The translations under genes were made by a program, and so were the position numbers. Below the pieces are notes generated by a model. The model saw nothing but the letters and a program-made list of their open reading frames with translations. It searched no databases and was not told the DNA's origin. Shown here in pieces: positions 23,809 to 35,471 of a DNA stretch of 64,000 bases (its first letter is position 1; each line of letters opens with the position of its first letter). Source of the stretch: Rhodosorus marinus CCMP1338 (taxonomy: Eukaryota; Plantae; Rhodophyta); contig JAMWBK010000001.1 in the NCBI GenBank assembly GCA_029953675.1, forward strand, positions 3,100,001 through 3,164,000. Direction: 5' to 3'.

Positions 23809-24873
23809 ATGATGGCGGTGTTTCATGGCCTATTGGTGATGGCGTTGGTCTTAGGGGGGGCATCAGCGGACACGTTGGTGAAAGATCCCCCAGTAAGCAG
23901 AATCAAGATGCCAATCGGTGAGCTTCTATCTCCTTTTTCGTTTTTCGGATGAAGATCTGCCCTAGGTGTGTGTGAAAGCTCCAGTCCTCAAACAGCTTCT
24001 TAACATGCCTCAGGTTTCGCTTTGACGGACATGGCGGAAGGTGCGAACAGCAAAATCTTTACGGTCGGCATACGCGGAGGCAGAGGAGAACTCATCGAGA
24101 TCAATACGAAAAAGGAAACGAGAGATTTACTGAAGAGATTCAACCGCCAGTTTGCAACAATATTGTACATCCGGTCGAAGGATTGGTTCCTCGCCAGCGA
24201 TGCAGTTAAACCGGGCCTGCTCGTAATGAATCGTGAGAAGGGCCTCACGAAACTGGCGAGATGCGAAATGCCCGGAGGGGTAGTTCCAACAAGGATGATC
24301 ATTGCGGATGAAGTCGTTTGGTTTGGTGGCGTTGACAAAAGGAACATCTATTCTATCAAGGTCAAGAACTTATTGGATTGTAAAATCAAGTCCAAGAAGC
24401 TGAACAACATTCCTAAAGGGTCTGGGGATAGCTTGGCGTATATCCAGGACGTTGCTGAGTTCAAGGGACTTTTATTCCTTGCTGTTGCCAACGCAAATTT
24501 CGAAACTCCTGAGGGGAACGGTGCAATCTACCTCTACGATCCAGAGAAGGACCGGGGAAGATTTGTGGTCAGCAACCAGTTCAACTTCAATCTGCGATTG
24601 GTGTCGGGACTCGTACGCAGTGAGCGCACGCTTTACGCCGCAGCAAAGAAGTCCCCAGCGCCAAATTTGCCCGCAGATAATAGGATTACAGCTTGGAAGA
24701 TCAAGAATTCAAAATACGGCGAGATCGAAGTATCCTATCTCGGCCGCTTCCAAAATTCGTTCGGAGGAACTGATTACGATGCTATTATTTACAGCAAGGA
24801 TAGGGTCTGCGTAAGTTCCGTTTTAGTTGGACGGGACAACGTTGTCTGCTACGACGCAACTATCTTCGGGTAG
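23809..24873 (+). CDS. Secreted protein, paralog 1 of 3 (~322 aa; possibly beta-propeller-like)
   Basis: Exons 23809-23917 (signal peptide MMAVFHGLLVMALVLGGASA..KDPPVSRIKMPIG) and 24014-24873. 96-bp phase-1 intron GTGAGC..CTTAAC..CAG. Confidence 0.88.
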
Positions 24874-26289
24874 TGGCCTCTCGCTACAAAGCTACGAAAT
24901 GAGGCCTAGAAAGTAAACATCTTTGTCACGGAAATGCTAGCCCACGCCAAAGATGCACGTGGTTGTGATTGAGAGGGCAATAGAAAACTTGTTAAGTACT
25001 CACAGAGTTGATTTGTTCGCAGCAAGCGGGCTGAAATTTGCTTTTTCCTAGCGGACACTTGGATATTCAGCAAAGCCTTCTTTGGTGAACCAGAAAATGG
25101 CTTTAGACTTGTCGATGGCTGTACTTCGGAACCTCCACTGCGCAGCTGCCCACGGCAGGGCTACAGTGTTTCTATCACTATCTAGCAGGGTACCTCCGCT
25201 ACCAGGGTTAAGTTAAAAAAAAACACAGGGAACATCGGATTGTCCAGCTGACCCGCGCGCAGGGAACGCAGAGCTCCTATCGCAAGCGCGCCTATAGCAA
25301 GCTCTGCGTCCAATTGCCAAAGGCTCCTGGTCAGCTCACTCGCGGGTCGCTCGGCTCGTTGATCCTAAGCAGAAATAGCCCCAAAAAGGCTCTCTGTCCC
25401 TCGAGAGAGATATCCTTAGGACCAAACTAATTCCATCCTGCTCAATGACAATGTGAAAGCATGCGCGTCCCGCTAGAAAGCATAACGAGAAACTTGAAAA
25501 CAGCAGCCACAGATTCCGTTACTTAACATTGCGCACGGAGGTTAGCGGGGTTGGAAACCGGTTTATTCATAGCCAACCCCTACACGACCAATATTAGCTA
25601 GACTTGAATGGTCTTGCTCTGAAAGCTTCTCATCGGATCCGCGTAGAGTCTAGAGCCCTATGGTAACTATTTCAGTATATCACCCCCCCCCCGCAAGCAT
25701 CGACACAATCTATTCAATCAATGTTGTATATTGATTGAATATCTATGTCCTTCCTTGATCGTTTTCCCGAGATTATGGGGTGGGTGCGCTTACAATTTAG
25801 TTGATTTTTTTTTTGCTGACAAACTTCCACATGTAATGCAGGTGTGTGGTGGGGAGTTGATCAAAAATATCCAGTCATGTTGTCGGAGTCGGCTAAATGC
25901 GCCACGGAATCCAGTCTCCCCCTTATTCTTTGGCGATCTAAACCCAAACTAAGCACATTCATTCAATAATGAAGCATGGGTGGTCCGGAAGACCGGAACC
26001 AGCTTAAAAACAACTTGTTGATCGTTTGTGTTGATTATGAATAGACCAGTTTCTAACCCAGTTTTTGGCACTCGGCCGACTAGAAGACAAAAAATTGAAT
26101 GTCGAACGGTCGCCGCAAATCGGCGGACTGGCATGCTCTGTGGGCGCCAGAATTTGCTTTTAAGTATTCCACATTATCCTTCATCGTTGCTCCCTTGGGA
26201 TTCATGTCCAGGATGTCGACCTCTTAGGTAGGATCCCGTATAGTGCAACCGAGGTTGTTTGATTAGCCTGCGCTCGGGATTTCAGGAGA

Positions 26290-27338
26290 ATGAAGCAGGG
26301 ACTGCTGTTGGTAGTGGTGGCAACCGCCATTGGCCTGGCCACCGCTCAGGGAGTTGTCAAGGATGACCCTGTTAGTAAGATCAGGATGCCCATTGGTGAG
26401 TTTTCTCATCTTCTCGTGGATTCGCAGTGTGTAGTGACCTTTGGCTCACAAGCACATCGCCTTCTTGAAATTTTCCAGGGTTCGAATTTACGGACATGTC
26501 TGCTGGGGCCAACAGCAAAATTTTCGTTGTTGGCACTGCTGGGGGAAGGGGTGAGCTGCAAGAGATAAACACGCGGAAGGAGACGCGGTCTTTGTTGAAG
26601 CGTTTTAACAGAGTTCTCACCACTATCCTGTACCTGCCATCAAAGGATTGGTTTGTAGCGAGTGAAGAAAAGCCTAACTTTGTTGTGATGAGCAGGGAAA
26701 AGGGACTCACGATTCTGGAGCGATGCCGTCTGCCAGTGGTTGCCCCACCCACACGCATGATCGTCGATGATGAAGTTGTTTACTTTGGTGGCAAGGACAA
26801 GCGGTTCCTGTACAGCATCAAGGTCAAGAAGCTTCTAGACTGTGAAATCAAAGCAACTGAGCTCACCTTCATTCCCAAGGGAAGGGAGGACAAGGGCACC
26901 GGCCAAGCGTACGTGCAGGATGTCGATTCTTACAAAGGACTACTAATCCTCGGAGTGATCAAACCCACAGACACATCTGTCGCTGACTCCGCCCTGTACT
27001 TGTACGACCCGAGGAAGGACAAGGGAGTGCTCTTGCTCAAGAACGATGCAAACCTCAAGTACTTGACGGGAATCGTTCGAGATGGAAAGACTCTCTATGC
27101 GGCTGTGAAGAAGGGCGTTGCCAACCCAACCAAGAACAACGAGAACAGAATTAGCGCTTGGAAGCTCAAGGGTTCTTCAATCACGACTATCTCGGCTTCT
27201 TACCTGGGCAGGTTCCAGAGTGGGTCTGCAGGAAGCAACTTTGATGCTCTCATGTTTAGCAAGGGTCGAGTGTGCGTGAGTGCCACTCTTGCTGGACGGG
27301 CCCAGATTGTATGTCATCCAGGAGATGTTTTTGGGTGA
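26290..27338 (+). CDS. Secreted protein, paralog 2 of 3 (~321 aa)
   Basis: Exons 26290-26395 (MKQGLLLVVVATAIGLATAQ..KDDPVSKIRMPIG) and 26479-27338. 83-bp phase-1 intron GTGAGT..CCAG at the same position as in paralog 1. Confidence 0.88.
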
Positions 27339-28388
27339 AAAGAAAAGATTGTGCCGGGGGTTACGTTAGTCTGGCGTGGTCTTGGGTGGACAGTAGACAC
27401 ATCAAAGAAGCTATCACTCTTTTGACAGCTGTTTGAGCTATGGTGTGGACGTGCTCCTCTGTACCAACTTTTTACTTCCTGATGCGCTTGATCACGTCCA
27501 AAACTTGCATGTTTTTTCTAGCGCTTCCCCCATCCTACGACTCCATTGGCCATGATCGCAAGTTTTTTGATAGTGCATACCATCTCAAATTAGAGCACAT
27601 TTGTTAAAAGGGGGTTTGGCTGTCGCAAAAAGATTCGTCCAACGGGCTGCAGACAGAAGCTACTGAAACCCATAGAGGTCTACTGCCGTAGGAACCGTAT
27701 CACCAGGCTCAGTCTGTAGTTCCTATTACTATTGAGGCCCATTCTCTTGGTTTAGGCTAGCCCTCTTCGTCTCAGGATTGTGTGCTACCTGTAGTTGCTG
27801 AAAGGTGGGCTGCTCTCGCCAAATTTGCTTTCATTGCAGAACAAGCATACGGTTTGTTCGTTTCGGGCGTGAGGGCTGAAATCTCACTCCAAAACCCAGA
27901 ACGACGAAAAAAGCTGGCCGCTCACCAATTTCAAAAATATGGTTCCTGACCGTTATCACGTGGTCAAGAACCATATTTTTACCCCGTCCCGGCTCCTAGA
28001 ATACTTGCGGCCGAATCTGAACACTTGGTATAACAAACCGTGAAATAGATCGCGGATTGTATGGAGTCAACGAGCAGGGTGAACAAGTCCTCCCGCTTCA
28101 AAAATCTTAAGTGGAATGCAGCTGTCGTGGTTGTGAACATCAGCAAAGAAAACTGCATTCATTACGCTGGAAGGCGCTCGAAATTCGTGGGACAACTTGC
28201 TCAGCGTTTTGATTATCATTCATGTGGTGAAGAGCCCTATTCACTCATATTAATGATTTGCAACGAGCAGGTCCTGTTCACGCCGATGGCCTTGTAGACC
28301 AACACTCCTGGTACTAAACCTACTATCATCGACAGAAATTCTAGGGCCTTGACGAGTGTCAAATTCTGAAGCGGTTTAATGATCTTGT

Positions 28389-30989
28389 CTAGAACACCCA
28401 CTTGGCAACTTTGTGAAGCAACACGACGAGATTCGAAGAGTTTGTGTGAAGCAGATCCGGAACCGTAAATCCGAGGCGGAAGAGGATCCTAAACGGCATC
28501 AACAACCATGCCGCAATGGCTGGGGGTACCATAGTTGTGTAGCATGAAGCTAGAACCCCATCAACGACAATATCCCCTTGCTCAGTGTGAGGATTAAATG
28601 CGCCCTTCGCAACAACTCTGTCAACGGCGTCAATCGCTACAGCTCCATTCATGCTTGTCACAAGCCTATCGCCCACAATGAAGTCACGGGCGGCTCTGAG
28701 CAGACCTTCTTCCGTTACTAGGTAGTGAGATCCGGATGCTCTAAAGAAATCTCCGTTGGCAAGTTTGAAGGACAAGTAGCCAGCAAGGATTTCAGAGTCC
28801 TTGTGTCCCATCATGAAAACGCTGCTGAATCCAGTGGATGTACGGATCTTGTCCCCAACTGCTACTTGGTCCATGCGAACTGTCTCCCCAGTCTCCAGCT
28901 GAACGGTTGCCGATCCTGGGAAGCACACTGGCTCAGGTGACGGACTTGGGGTCGCGGTCGGGCTCGCGGTCGGGCTCGCGGTCGGGCTTGCGGTCGGGCT
29001 CGGGCTCGCGGTCGGGGACACGGACGGAGGAGGACTGGTGCTAGGAGACGCCTCTCCATCCGCGACTTGGTCCTCAGCAGCCCAGATTAATGCAGCATAG
29101 TTGTAGAAAGCGTCAACTATAGCGTCACGATCCCCAATCGATACATCAGAATACAAGGGTCCATCGCCATTTGCCATGCCATCGAAACCAGCAGCATCCA
29201 AATTGTCGAACATTGATACAATCTCCTGGTACGAATTCTGCAATCCCGTAACCGTCGCAGCCGGCAGCAGAGGGTAGAACGGACTCAACTGTAGTAGTCA
29301 AACAAGAAACACTCAGCCATTAGCACTTCTCCCACTACTCTCGCTGAAGTCAAACCCAGCCTTCCTTCAGCCACCATCATTACCTGACTTTCAATTCCCT
29401 TCGCGTTGTTCGTGAAGATTAGAAGAGAGTGGTCACTCCACGTCTCCTCCTCAGACGATATCTTCTTGGCCGGAACCTCAACGGAAAGTGCTTTCAGTCC
29501 GTCCCAGGTGTTCTCAAGGTTGAAATTGTCAGGATCGTTTTCGGCGTTGTCAATCTTGTCACACAGACTGTCGATTGTGCCCTGAACATCAGTTACAGCC
29601 GCCCTCGCACAGTCCAGATCGTCGTCCCGAAACAAGCAGTACTCAACGACGTGCATGCCCCTGAACTCCTCGTCCAGCTCGCCTTTGTTGTGGGCGTACG
29701 GTCTCGAGTCAATGTTTGTGTCCTTCGCAACGTTTACACATAACACATAGGTTCAGTTCAGTGCTGCTTCGGGCAGAAGATCCCTGGACCGCGAACACTA
29801 CGCGTTCTCTTGGATTTCTTACCTCCTCCTCGAAAGATCCAGCAAGCACTTCGATCTGTTCGTACGGTGGCCTCGCCGCAACATAAGCATCCCTCGATGC
29901 GTCCAGGTCACCAGAGTCGATCGCAGTAAGCAGATCAGCAGCCAGCTCCTGCTGAGACGCACACAACTCCACAAACTTGGCAACACCTTCAAGAACAGCT
30001 TGGTTCTGTCGCTCAGTCGCTCGGGAGGTAACTAGCGAACCCATCTGCACGCGCGTCGCTCCCTCAGGAAGATTCTCCGCTTCCTCACCATCTCGTACCT
30101 CATTGTTGGCCGCCTCAAGCGCAAGGAAGAACGCATAGATGTTGTCCGAGATCAGCTTCCGGTCCTCCACAGACACTTCCGAGTAAGGCTTCGCAGCGGC
30201 TCCCTCGCCACCGTCAAAGCCGTTCTCAGGGTCCACCTGATTCATCGTGTCAACCATTGTGTTGAAGGCCGCTTCCAGAGCTTCGTACGTCTCCGCTTCC
30301 ATCTCATCTTCGAACGGTGAGATCACAGACCATATACCCTTCAAGTTCTCCCGGAAAATCAGGAGGGACAGGTCGCTGTACGTTTCCTCTTCCGAGGCAA
30401 TCTTCTTAGACCCAATCTCCACCGTGAGCCCCAGTGCTCCGTCCCAGGTTTTCCCTCGGTTAAACACCTCCGTGCTACCCTCATCCAAGACGTCGCAGAG
30501 CTCGTTGATCGTTCTCCGGAGCGGACGACCATAAGGTCTCGCACACTCAATGTCCTCCTCGCGATAAATGCATGCCTCAATTCGGTGGAATCCAACAAAG
30601 TCGTCCCCAAGCTCCCCTGTGTCGAACGCGTACGCCCGAGCATCAATGGCTTCGTCCTATTAGCAGTTCGAGGCGAAACTTTCAGATTCAACATAGCAAG
30701 TCCTTTGTCACAGGACAGTGATTGCTCAAACCCATCAACCTACCAGATCTTCGAAGCACGCTGCAAGGACTTCAATCTGCTCATACGGCGGGCGAGCAGC
30801 CTGATACGCAGCCTTGACCGCGTCAAGGTCGTCCCCGTCAAGTGCATCCACCAACTCCGCAACACTTCGCCTCTGGATCTGACACTGCTCCGCGAGCGCC
30901 GCTACTCCAGCATCCACACGAGGCTGGAGCTCCTGCCCAGTTACGCATGCGAGGAGAATTACACACGCAAAGAGAACCTTGAGCTTCAT
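28389..30989 (-). CDS. Secreted tandem imelysin/EfeO(FEA1)-like iron-binding protein fused to a Hedgehog-type Hint module (~772 aa, 4 exons)
   Basis: Exons 30989-30744, 30656-29823, 29722-29384, 29288-28389; three phase-0 GT-AG introns of 87, 100 and 95 bp. Signal peptide MKLKVLFACVILLACVTG. Two repeats of ARPPYEQIEVLA..D..ID.R..G(F/M)H..E..KKI.SEEET(Y/W)SD. (PTAS)n linker, then CFPGSATV..GD..H..GDIVVDGVLASCY and a hydrophobic tail. Confidence 0.88.
28950..29016 (-). repeat. 12-bp coding tandem repeat encoding the Pro/Thr/Ala/Ser linker
   Basis: (GCGGTCGGGCTC)n on the + strand; translates as SPTASPSPTASPTASPTASPTAT on the - strand. Confidence 0.9.
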
Positions 30990-31599
30990 CTTGACAATAT
31001 GACCATACACCGTGCACGCGAAAAGGACAACCACCAACTCCACGCCGATCCCTCGAAACGACCCGCGGATCCTGACTCAGAGGGAGCCTTGTAGACAAGG
31101 TGCGATACTTAAGTACATCGGAGATGACAGCGTGAGCAATGATCTCCTGGACCTACCAAAAAGGATCAATATCGCTCTGCTTGAAATCTTCAACTTTTCC
31201 GCAAGAAGAAACAAGCTCCATCAACGGATCAAATCCTCGTGCGAAGAATTTACTCTTCAAACGATATTTCCAGTGCTTCTGCCAAGGGGGTTATCTCAGC
31301 CTACCACCGGCGTACCAAAGACCCACGATCTTTTACCCAAACCCGCAGAGCACTGATCGACGGCACTAGAACGCGAATCACGCTCACGTTTCTGCACCTT
31401 GCTACGAAGAATTTTATTGGTTGTCACAACTAAAATGTAGACTTTTCAAGAATATATGATCATCCTGAAGACCCCTCCTCTTTCTCTCTCAGTGCCAGTT
31501 TTCTAGCTGTCAGTTCGCGAACCACACAGTTTCAATGCGATTCATCCTCCGTTTATCTTGAACTTATAAAACAAAACAATTTGCCAGCACGAATCCGAG

Positions 31600-33370
31600 A
31601 TATGCAAATGTCGACTTGCCGCATGTTGGAGCTGCTCGCGGAGTTCCTGTTTTGGCCGCTTGCGCAGCAATCTCCTTGTGGAGTCTCCATATTCCTTGGA
31701 AACATTACGTCAGGGACGAAAACGAACTCATTCGGAATATAGTATATAGGGGTGATATAGCGAGGGAGGGAAGGCTTTTCATCTTTCTCGAAACGGTGTT
31801 GTTGAGTTTACATAATGAAATTCTTGGAACCTGGCGGCTCAATTTCTTCCTTCATTTCTTACTTTCTGCAAGGAGGTCCCATTCTTGGTTTTGCCGGGTT
31901 TTTTGGCGTACTCGGGCCACCGACGAATGAAACTAAATTGGAAAATATTTCTCAGTCATTTCAGAAAGTCGGTTTGTTCATGAAATAACACACTTTTTCT
32001 CAGAAAGTTGCACCCTTTCCTTACAACAAATCCACGGCAGCTTCGTTCCCAGAAACCCGCCTGCCTTCGTGTTACCGGACGACGTTGGTATTCAGAATGT
32101 TTCTGGAAATCAGAGATTTGTTGTGTTCACTCCATGAAATTCTTGGAACCTGATAGTTCAATTTCTTCTTCATTTCTTACTTTCTGAGAGGCCCGGTTTG
32201 TTTTTGCGTACTCCCCACCTAGATCTCACCCTAACAATGTTGATTAAGATCAGCATGTTGCCCTACTTTTAAGTGGCATACGATCTAGATATGTCAGGTC
32301 GACTCTTGCTCACATCTATATTCTTCGCAGTTCGCTAGACTACTTATAAAGGTCGACATCACCCGGGTCTTAAATGGAAATTTGAGGAAGGACGAGATGG
32401 GGATTGAGTGAGTTTTGCGATTGGTCTCTGAGTCAGCAATGAGCCATCACACCCCAGTGCGACCCTCTTTCCTTTGTCCGTACTTTCTTCCTGACCGACA
32501 ACGGTCATGCAGGGGAGGGTCTTTTCCTCCCTTTGGAAGTCTTTTTGGCTTTTCTCCTTTGGGATGTTTTGTCACGCGAGTTTGTGGCACATCTCCGCTG
32601 GCTTGGAGTAAGATCACCCAGCTAGTTCAAGCATCGGAGTACCAAGCCTGTGTTCTCTGAGGTTCAATAGAGCCTGGTAAGGTTTCCCTGCGCTGGTAGT
32701 GTTGTAAAGGAGAGTCTAACCAGTTATTTTCTGGAACGAGTTTTGTCCGCGAGGTGATATACGACTACTTCCTTAAGCGAGGCGTTCCTGAGTTGAAGGT
32801 ATGGTTGTCTAGTCTCCTTGGATGAGAACCCATGAGACCAACCAATTCTTTTCCGGCGGAAACCGCCGTCAATCACGGACGACCACTAGCACGGTATCCC
32901 CATGACCAAGAACCAGACGACGGACGGGAGCTACCGATGTGCGTTTCGTAGCCTGCCAACTAGTCCCTGCAGGAGGGAGCCTGTGTCCGTTCCACTTTCA
33001 ATTGCTGTCTTTCGGGGTTAGTTCTTCTGTTTCTTACTTCCTCTTCCATTTCTTGTTTTTGGCCTACTTGCCCATAGTCTTCAACCGTGCACTTCGTCTT
33101 GAAAGCGGGGAGCCTGTGTCCGTTGTTCCACTTTCAATTGCTGTCCTTCGGGGTTTCGTTTTTTTGTTTCTTACTACCTCTTCCATTTCTTGTTTTTGGC
33201 CTACTTTCCCGTATTTGACGATCTAGATCTTTGCTTTCCGCATGATTAAGAGCCATTTTTCCCTACTTTTTAGCTCAGTTTGAGCTAGATATGTCAGTGG
33301 TATTCTTGCAGTCCATATTTTTAGTGTCTAACTAGACTACTTTTGAGGTCGACTTGACCTAGCAGTTGGG
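31600..33370 (+). repeat. Two diverged tandem relics of an unidentified repeat, each with internal direct duplications
   Basis: Shared ends (TGATTAAGA..CCCTACTTTT..CTAGATATGTCAG..TAGACTACTT..GGTCGAC) at ~32240-32360 and ~33243-33355. Internal duplications: GAAATTCTTGGAACCTG..CATTTCTTACTTTCTG (31817, 32137) and ~130-bp GGAGCCTGTGTCCGTT.. (32976, 33109). Confidence 0.6.
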
Positions 33371-34000
33371 TTCCGATGAATTTAGGGGAGATGTTGTTCA
33401 GCTCGTTCACGAGGAAATCGTGCTGCATGCACAAAGTTGTCGTGCAGAACACACAAGCCTTGGAGAGACAGGAACGCGAGAGTTCGGATCGCCTTCCAAC
33501 CTGTGCACGGCAAAAATCGAGGGTTGGTGCTTCCCAGGGTTCAAGGCGTTTCGCGAATTGTAGCAGAAGGCAGGGGGTGTGTCACAAGTAGCGGAGACTC
33601 GAAGCCATCCAGCTCAGCTACCCCTCATACGCTGAGCAACATTGCGGCATTCAAGTCTTTGCACACCATTTTGCGGTTCTACAGACCAGGGATTTTGGAG
33701 GCCTTAGCCCCCAGTTTCATCACCACTTGTTGTGAAAAAAGAAAAGCCCCGTAAGCAGCTTCCAAGAAAACCAGCAGGTTTCTGCTTTTTCTCATGTCTG
33801 GGGTCTAGCATGGGGTGTTAGCCTTACAATTTCCGGGTGCTTTCGTGTGGATACCATGCGGGACACTCGCGTCGAGCCATTTTTATCCCAACAAGAGCTT
33901 GCTAACAAGCTGTTCTTTTCCCGCTTCTCAGCCGGGCATATAGTGGGATCACTACTCTACCCTTATTAAGCCCACGTTGTGACATGCTTTGGACCACACG

Positions 34001-34040
34001 GAGCCGCGTGGAGCCGCGTGGAGCCGCGTGGAGCCGCGTG
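34001..34040. repeat. 10-bp tandem repeat (GAGCCGCGTG)4
   Basis: Four perfect units read directly. Confidence 0.95.
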
Positions 34041-35471
34041 TGGTGCTCTCCCCCCCGTGTCCAACCGTCTCAAGGTCTGCACTGACGGTATCTTGAATGA
34101 TACAAACAATATCGAAACACAGCCCCAATCTGTTTGTTATCCGTCCCATATCTCTTTCACCGGCGGGCGACCCGGACCCTTTCGGATTAATTGGATCCGT
34201 ATCGGTAACACAGAGCTTTAGTCAGTTTCGTATCTTCTTCGTTCGTTACTGAGTCAGACTTGGTGGTTGCCAGTTTGATCCCTGTTGATCTCTAGTTCAA
34301 GTTGGCAGACTTGTTTCTTACTTGCAAGACTTTAAATGGATGCATACAAATTGCACGCGAACATGCTATTCACAAAGTCGCTGCGGAGTCGAGCATGCGC
34401 ATTGCCGCCGAGAACCTGGCCCGAATGTCGGATGTTACAGAGGTAGTCAGAACTACTAGTTTCTTCTGGTTGGGAACTTTACACTTCGACAGGTCCTCAA
34501 CCACTTCGGGTGGGGGGGGCACAACTCAGCAGTCGCACCCGCAAGTTATCTACCTCCAGCTCTGAGCTGCTGCCCAGGGTGTTGCAGCGTGAGCAAAGCG
34601 AATCGCCTTAGGTCGCTGCTGGCATTTTCTAAGATTAGCATCGAAGATTATGCTCAAGTCTCAGTGGAAGAGTGCCTTTGGTACTCGAATCTCCGGCAGT
34701 ACTTGCAATCCCGACCTTTCCGTTCGCGGAGAAAACACTGCCCACCTGCATTCCGGATTGACGCGTTTCGGACCGCGAGAAGCAAGCGGAATAGGCAGCC
34801 AGGGATTCAAACCGACTCCTGTTTTGACGACGGAGCTAAGCAGGAGAGGAGAGATAGGGAAGGTGATAAGAAATGCGGACTGCGCAGAATTTTTAGCTTG
34901 TGTACTGAAGGGTAGAGGGACATGTGAGGACCACCTATGCATTCAGCAGTTCCGTCAGTTGACTAGTCGCTCGAGTTGGGAAGTTGTTGGGAGTTGGTGA
35001 AGATGTCGAGCAAACATGTGATCAATCAGAAAATCTAGTCCGGCGTGGAGACAAGCTACTCGTTCACAAACGGTTTTCGGACCTGACAACCCAAGGTTTT
35101 CTTCTCATAGGGAAAGTTTGTTAGGTGGGCGCCGCAGCCTTCCGCCCCCCGAAGGAGTTGAGCAACCAACCCTCCCTATGCTGGTTTGCGATGGAGACGA
35201 CAACAAAGAGTACAAAGCGCGAGGACCCGCTGTGCCAAAAAACAATTTAAATAGAACCACCGCGGCGCGCTTTGCTAAAACACACCCGCTGAGCAAAGAA
35301 GCGAATTTTGGTAGTTCAAACATCAGCTGGGAATATGACCCTAGCGCTAATCCGTCACTGGCCTCCTCGGTGACCTCCTCGGTAACCTCCTCGGTAACCT
35401 CAACAACCCGCCAAAGCGCTTTGTGGAAGAGCATCGACACAATGTTCTGAGGTTGTGGGAGTCAAAGCATT

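Noticed and set aside
19600-26490. GGTTCGAA T-loop-like hits (~19602, ~26479) as tRNA genes
   Set aside because: No cloverleaf; one lies in a TE fragment and the other at an intron/exon boundary.
28500-28925. Intein
   Set aside because: Ends in ASCYT rather than His-Asn followed by Cys/Ser/Thr; no C-extein; matches the Hedgehog-type Hint pattern.
33366-33754. DDE transposase-like phrase KIEGWCFPGFKAFREL
   Set aside because: Single weak motif, broken by stops; no other catalytic residues or TIRs found.
35105-35450. Short ORFs containing a 12-bp x3 repeat (CCTCCTCGGT(G/A)A)
   Set aside because: Both strands open only briefly, no domain recognised; adjacent to the M4 gene 3' end.
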